The notes under the pieces: generated by a model | Database searches by the model: none | What the model was told of the DNA's origin: nothing | Seen by the model: the letters and a program-made list of their open reading frames with translations, nothing else | Translations under genes and position numbers: made by a program | Assembly: GCA_963920595.1 (NCBI GenBank) | Contig: OY986950.1 | Coordinates: 5,084,001 to 5,148,000 of the forward strand | DNA length: 64,000 nucleotides | Origin: Eimeria praecox | Taxonomy: Eukaryota | Reading direction: 5' to 3' | In this document: in pieces, positions 62,201-64,000 of the stretch | Position numbering within the stretch: the stretch's first letter is position 1 | Layout: each line of letters begins with the position of its first letter

Positions 62201-63294
62201 TTGTGAGCGTGAGCGCAAACGTTATCAAGGCAAGGATTCCATGTTTGCGAGGAACGCGGAGATCACCGGTGTACGTAGAGTAGGCTGTGCCAAACGTCAT
62301 GCTTGCTTTGAAGGAGCGGAAGGCTGAATATGAGGGTGGGGTGCAGACCGTTCCGTCATGAAGCAGGATGTTGAAATTTTGCGACTACCTGCTTCGGACA
62401 TATCAGATCAGGGCGAAGCGGCTTCCTAGCTTGCGCGTTGTCTGTTCGAGCCTCTTGTCAAGTTGGAGTGAGGTTATGCCTCTATTTTTATAGGTAGGTC
62501 TGAGTGTGCAAGTCGTGACACTTGAGCAGCTGGTATGACGGCTCGTTTGTTTGGCTGGCAAGATGCATTTGAACTGCCACGGTGAGTTGTTTGTTCGGTT
62601 GTATGAGACGTTTATTAATGATTCTGTGTGTGCGTGAGCATGCATCCGTGTATACGTCGATCACACAGTTCAGGCAGCCGGTTATTAATAGCAAAAGGCA
62701 CAGTGTGAGGATAACGGCCTATCTGGCATGTGGTCGGATTTTGCCGCATTGACCGGCATAGCGGCGATTATCGTCTCTACGTAATTAGGTGCTTGCAAGG
62801 ATGTGAAATCTCCTGCTTGGCGTGTCCTTACGTGAGCGTGGTACAGGGTGTACGATGGCTAGAGACGTCTGCATCATCATTGGTCTATGGAGAGCACTAT
62901 GTTCTGCTGTAGAGCATCTCAAGGTTCGCAGGCGTGGTGTGAACGTCATGCGCTGCGTGTTAGAAGGCATGCTTTCCTCACAAAAGGGAGAGCGCAATGC
63001 CTCCCGTTCAGGTTGACAAAGGGCTTGGGCGACAAAGTAGAAACAGCCAGCTAGCACCAAACATAGCTCTCTCTTGGCGCTCCATGACGCACCAGATGCA
63101 GGTCTAGAGCAAGAAGCATCGTGCATTGCCTTGCTACTACTCTTAGGCGACACATCGGCTACGTTTCAGCGAGTGCTCTGATATGTACTGCGTCGTTTGT
63201 GTGTCCAGAAGAAGGATATATAGGGGCTTAGGAGCGGGAAACGCGAGGTTGCTTGTAGCGCTTTTGAGAGAACAGAACCCAGGAGGCCTATAAC
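39..63294 (+). CDS. Putative giant micro-exon gene (internal portion), made of ~130 candidate 3-nt single-codon exons plus a few 12-nt exons; predicted Ala/Glu/Arg/Gln/Lys-rich helical or coiled-coil-like protein
   Basis: Recurrent (C/T/A)AG-NNN-GT(A/G)NG on the + strand, e.g. tcagGAAgtacgc 10039, tcagGCAgtaagc 21063 and 22971, tcagGCGgtaagc 27678. About 79 sites lie in the non-repetitive 8.3-38.5 kb, against roughly 7-11 expected if bases were uniform (about 1 per 2.7-4.1 kb). No stop codons were noted among the triplets and 51 of 79 encode Ala or Glu. Gene ends are not visible, and more than one gene is possible. Confidence 0.75.
9069..18200 (+). CDS. Run of 18 candidate 3-nt micro-exons reading AEREALEAERAQEVKAQL
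   Basis: First base of each: GCT 9069, GAA 10039, CGA 10761, GAG 11385, GCT 11933, CTT 12609, GAA 14048, GCA 14858, GAA 15198, CGA 15922, GCA 16058, CAA 16666, GAA 16829, GTT 16891 (very short upstream intron, doubtful), AAA 17259, GCC 17413, CAA 18014, TTA 18198. Each is flanked by AG and GT(A/G)NG. Spacing is wider and less regular here, so a few may be chance hits. Confidence 0.6.
19348..24022 (+). CDS. Dense run of 19 candidate 3-nt micro-exons reading ATVEAAAAAAAAEEAAKRA
   Basis: GCA 19348, ACA 19532, GTT 19806, GAA 20061, GCG 20350, GCT 20644, GCA 20879, GCA 21063, GCT 21213, GCA 21472, GCT 21743, GCA 22113, GAA 22415, GAA 22687, GCA 22971, GCT 23160, AAA 23439, AGA 23720, GCA 24020. 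Implied introns are 147-367 nt. Only 1-2 such sites are expected by chance in 4.7 kb. Confidence 0.82.
24217..26512 (+). CDS. Sparse candidate micro-exons (P, E, A, A)
   Basis: CCA 24217 (cag/gtgcgc), GAA 24798 (cag/gtgagc), GCG 26044 (cag/gtacgc), GCG 26510 (cag/gtgaga). The gaps contain weaker or decayed-looking sites, such as tgcatcagGGTgtcatg at 25351. Confidence 0.5.
27678..38472 (+). CDS. Run of 38 candidate 3-nt micro-exons reading AAAREARKAAEAAAQTPIREALTYQLAAAAQEAVAEEE
   Basis: First bases: 27678, 27969, 28260, 28526, 28790, 28886, 29171, 29424, 29535, 30203, 30463, 30570, 30822, 31073, 31357, 31480, 31584, 31867, 32103, 32338, 32806, 33085, 33297, 33531, 33774, 34105, 34344, 34662, 34870, 35394, 35890, 36191, 36492, 36783, 37380, 37551, 37805, 38470. 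All match AG-NNN-GT(A/G)NG and most are 200-330 bp apart. Confidence 0.75.
35870..37620. repeat. Old diverged duplication: ~35870-35955 resembles ~37530-37615, each centred on a micro-exon candidate
   Basis: ggtacagCAAgtgtgtagcaaagtgtcgcggctgctcagcactgagc vs ggtacagGAAgtgtgtggcaaagcggtgtggctggtcagcactgcgc; offset 1661. Confidence 0.7.
38990..39128. repeat. ~140-bp segment also present at ~40523-40661 and ~44559-44697; marks the left edge and a rearrangement junction of the array
   Basis: tctttagacgattcacattcaaagg...ctgacggcgagtgcgcatatg occurs three times. After 39128 the sequence jumps to the block matching 43166. Confidence 0.9.
39130..46226. repeat. Direct repeat of ~3.06 kb (39130-42190 and 43166-46226, offset 4036) separated by ~1 kb of different sequence
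   Basis: Identical ORFs at +4036 (39290/43326, 39909/43945, 40978/45014). The copies are near-identical apart from a divergent patch at 41745-41780 vs 45781-45816. Confidence 0.95.
40335..63294 (+). CDS. Candidate micro-exons at homologous positions of the ~2.0-2.4-kb repeat units
   Basis: Site a: CGT 41496/45532, AGT 49031, AGC 52480/54881/57192/59228, AGT 61624. Site b: TTC 46910, TTA 50417, CTA 52786, ATA 55195, CTA 57498/59534, TTT 61923. Site c: AGA 40335/44371, GGT 47837, ACA 51333, AGA 53715, ACA 58429, AGA 60465, GGT 62847. Site d: CGA 48160, GAA 51636/54037, GCA 56349, CGA 58751/60782/63170. 12-nt site e: 51744, 54145, 56456, 60895, 63283. Others: CAA 41755, CCT 45791, CAA 49290, AGT 41951/45987/49486, CGA 42275. 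Confidence 0.65.
45436..51237. repeat. Direct repeat of ~2.3 kb (~45436-47740 and ~48935-51237, offset 3499-3507)
   Basis: ORF pairs 45840/49339, 46269/49768, 46988/50495 and 47046/50553, plus direct sequence identity with diverged ends. Confidence 0.92.
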
Positions 63295-64000
63295 GTACGC
63301 TGAGTGTTGTTGGCCGCCACAGCAGTAAAAGGACTGGCGTTATAAGACGCCGTGCTTCAGGCACACGTGAAAGTGCTGAATGAAGGAGGTTGAAGCTGGT
63401 GGTTGAGGGCGCCTGTACCTGGGAGGGCATGCGCAGACGCGTGTCAAACGCACGGCTCTGGCAGCCTTCATCGAAGCTGGAGTCCTCGAGGCGTGTGCGG
63501 TTGTTAACATGGCAGTGGCAAAAGTATATCCTACAGTGGATGGCCGGTAGTAGAGCTGTTTTGCCTGGGTCTGGCTACGGGCGATGTTCGATATGGCCTT
63601 TTGTATCAGCTGAATGGATGCTTGGTACGTTATTAATTGGTTGTAAGCATGACGCCATGCTGGTGTTGCAGGTGCGGTTTGTCTACCTACGCTGGTGCAT
63701 AAGCGTGGAATGATCTGCGCGTGCTAACGCGCTTTGTGCCGAACAACAATGCATAATTGCACCGCGTTGCGCTCTGGGAAGCGCATATCCGATAGGTGCG
63801 TAAAGCGTTTTGAATAGCAGATGGCGAACGCAAGGAAACGATCAACAGTGAAGGTGATTTCTCTGCGGCGTGTTGAATGCACGGGATACTGTAGTGGGGC
63901 GCGGAAGGGCGAAACCGATATATTGGAGAGAGCAGGCCCCCTTGTGGGACGGAGGGTGTGGAGCGTGAACGAGCGAACTGACGATATTTTCACACGCTGC

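Larger units (their letters stand above)
38990..64000. repeat. Mosaic tandem array of related ~2.0-2.4-kb units (about 10 full or partial units), running off the right edge
   Basis: Landmark tttgtgagcgtgagcgcaaac at ~47191, 50698, 53058, 55462, 57770, 59806, 62200. Landmark gcataagcgtg near 48.69, 52.16, 54.56, 56.87, 58.91, 61.31, 63.70 kb. A ttttgcgactatc-like block also occurs at ~39.86 and 43.89 kb. An ORF series at 52189, 54590, 56901, 58937, 61333, 63724 gives periods of 2401, 2311, 2036, 2396, 2391. Confidence 0.92.

Noticed and set aside
38990..64000. Repeat units as transposons or LTR elements
   Set aside because: No terminal inverted repeats, target-site duplications, poly(A) tails or transposase/RT/integrase ORFs seen. 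The head-to-tail mosaic arrangement fits tandem duplication.

Overview
Eukaryotic DNA of roughly balanced GC content. TGCATGCA and GCA/CAG-rich words suggest a coccidian apicomplexan (Eimeria/Cyclospora-like); this is an inference only. None of the six-frame ORFs looks like a real protein, and I see no rRNA, tRNA, CRISPR array or transposase. The organising signal is on the + strand: about 130 sites found by eye of the form (C/T/A)AG-NNN-GT(A/G)NG, i.e. a splice acceptor, exactly three bases, then a splice donor. In the dense parts they recur every ~150-400 bp. The triplets are sense codons dominated by Ala (GCA/GCT/GCG/GCC) and Glu (GAA/GAG), with Arg, Gln, Lys and Leu. Read in order they give helical-looking peptide: AEREALEAERAQEVKAQL ... 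ATVEAAAAAAAAEEAAKRA ... AAAREARKAAEAAAQTPIREALTYQLAAAAQEAVAEEE. The best interpretation is that the window is the interior of a very large gene built almost entirely from single-codon (3-nt, phase-0) micro-exons. It is being expanded by tandem duplication: a 3991-bp unit at 1-8.3 kb and a mosaic array of ~2.0-2.4-kb units at 39-64 kb. In the array, homologous sites keep AG/GT while the codon changes, and some sites have decayed. No start or stop codon is identifiable. Splicing is inferred, not shown, and the exon list will contain some chance hits and omissions.
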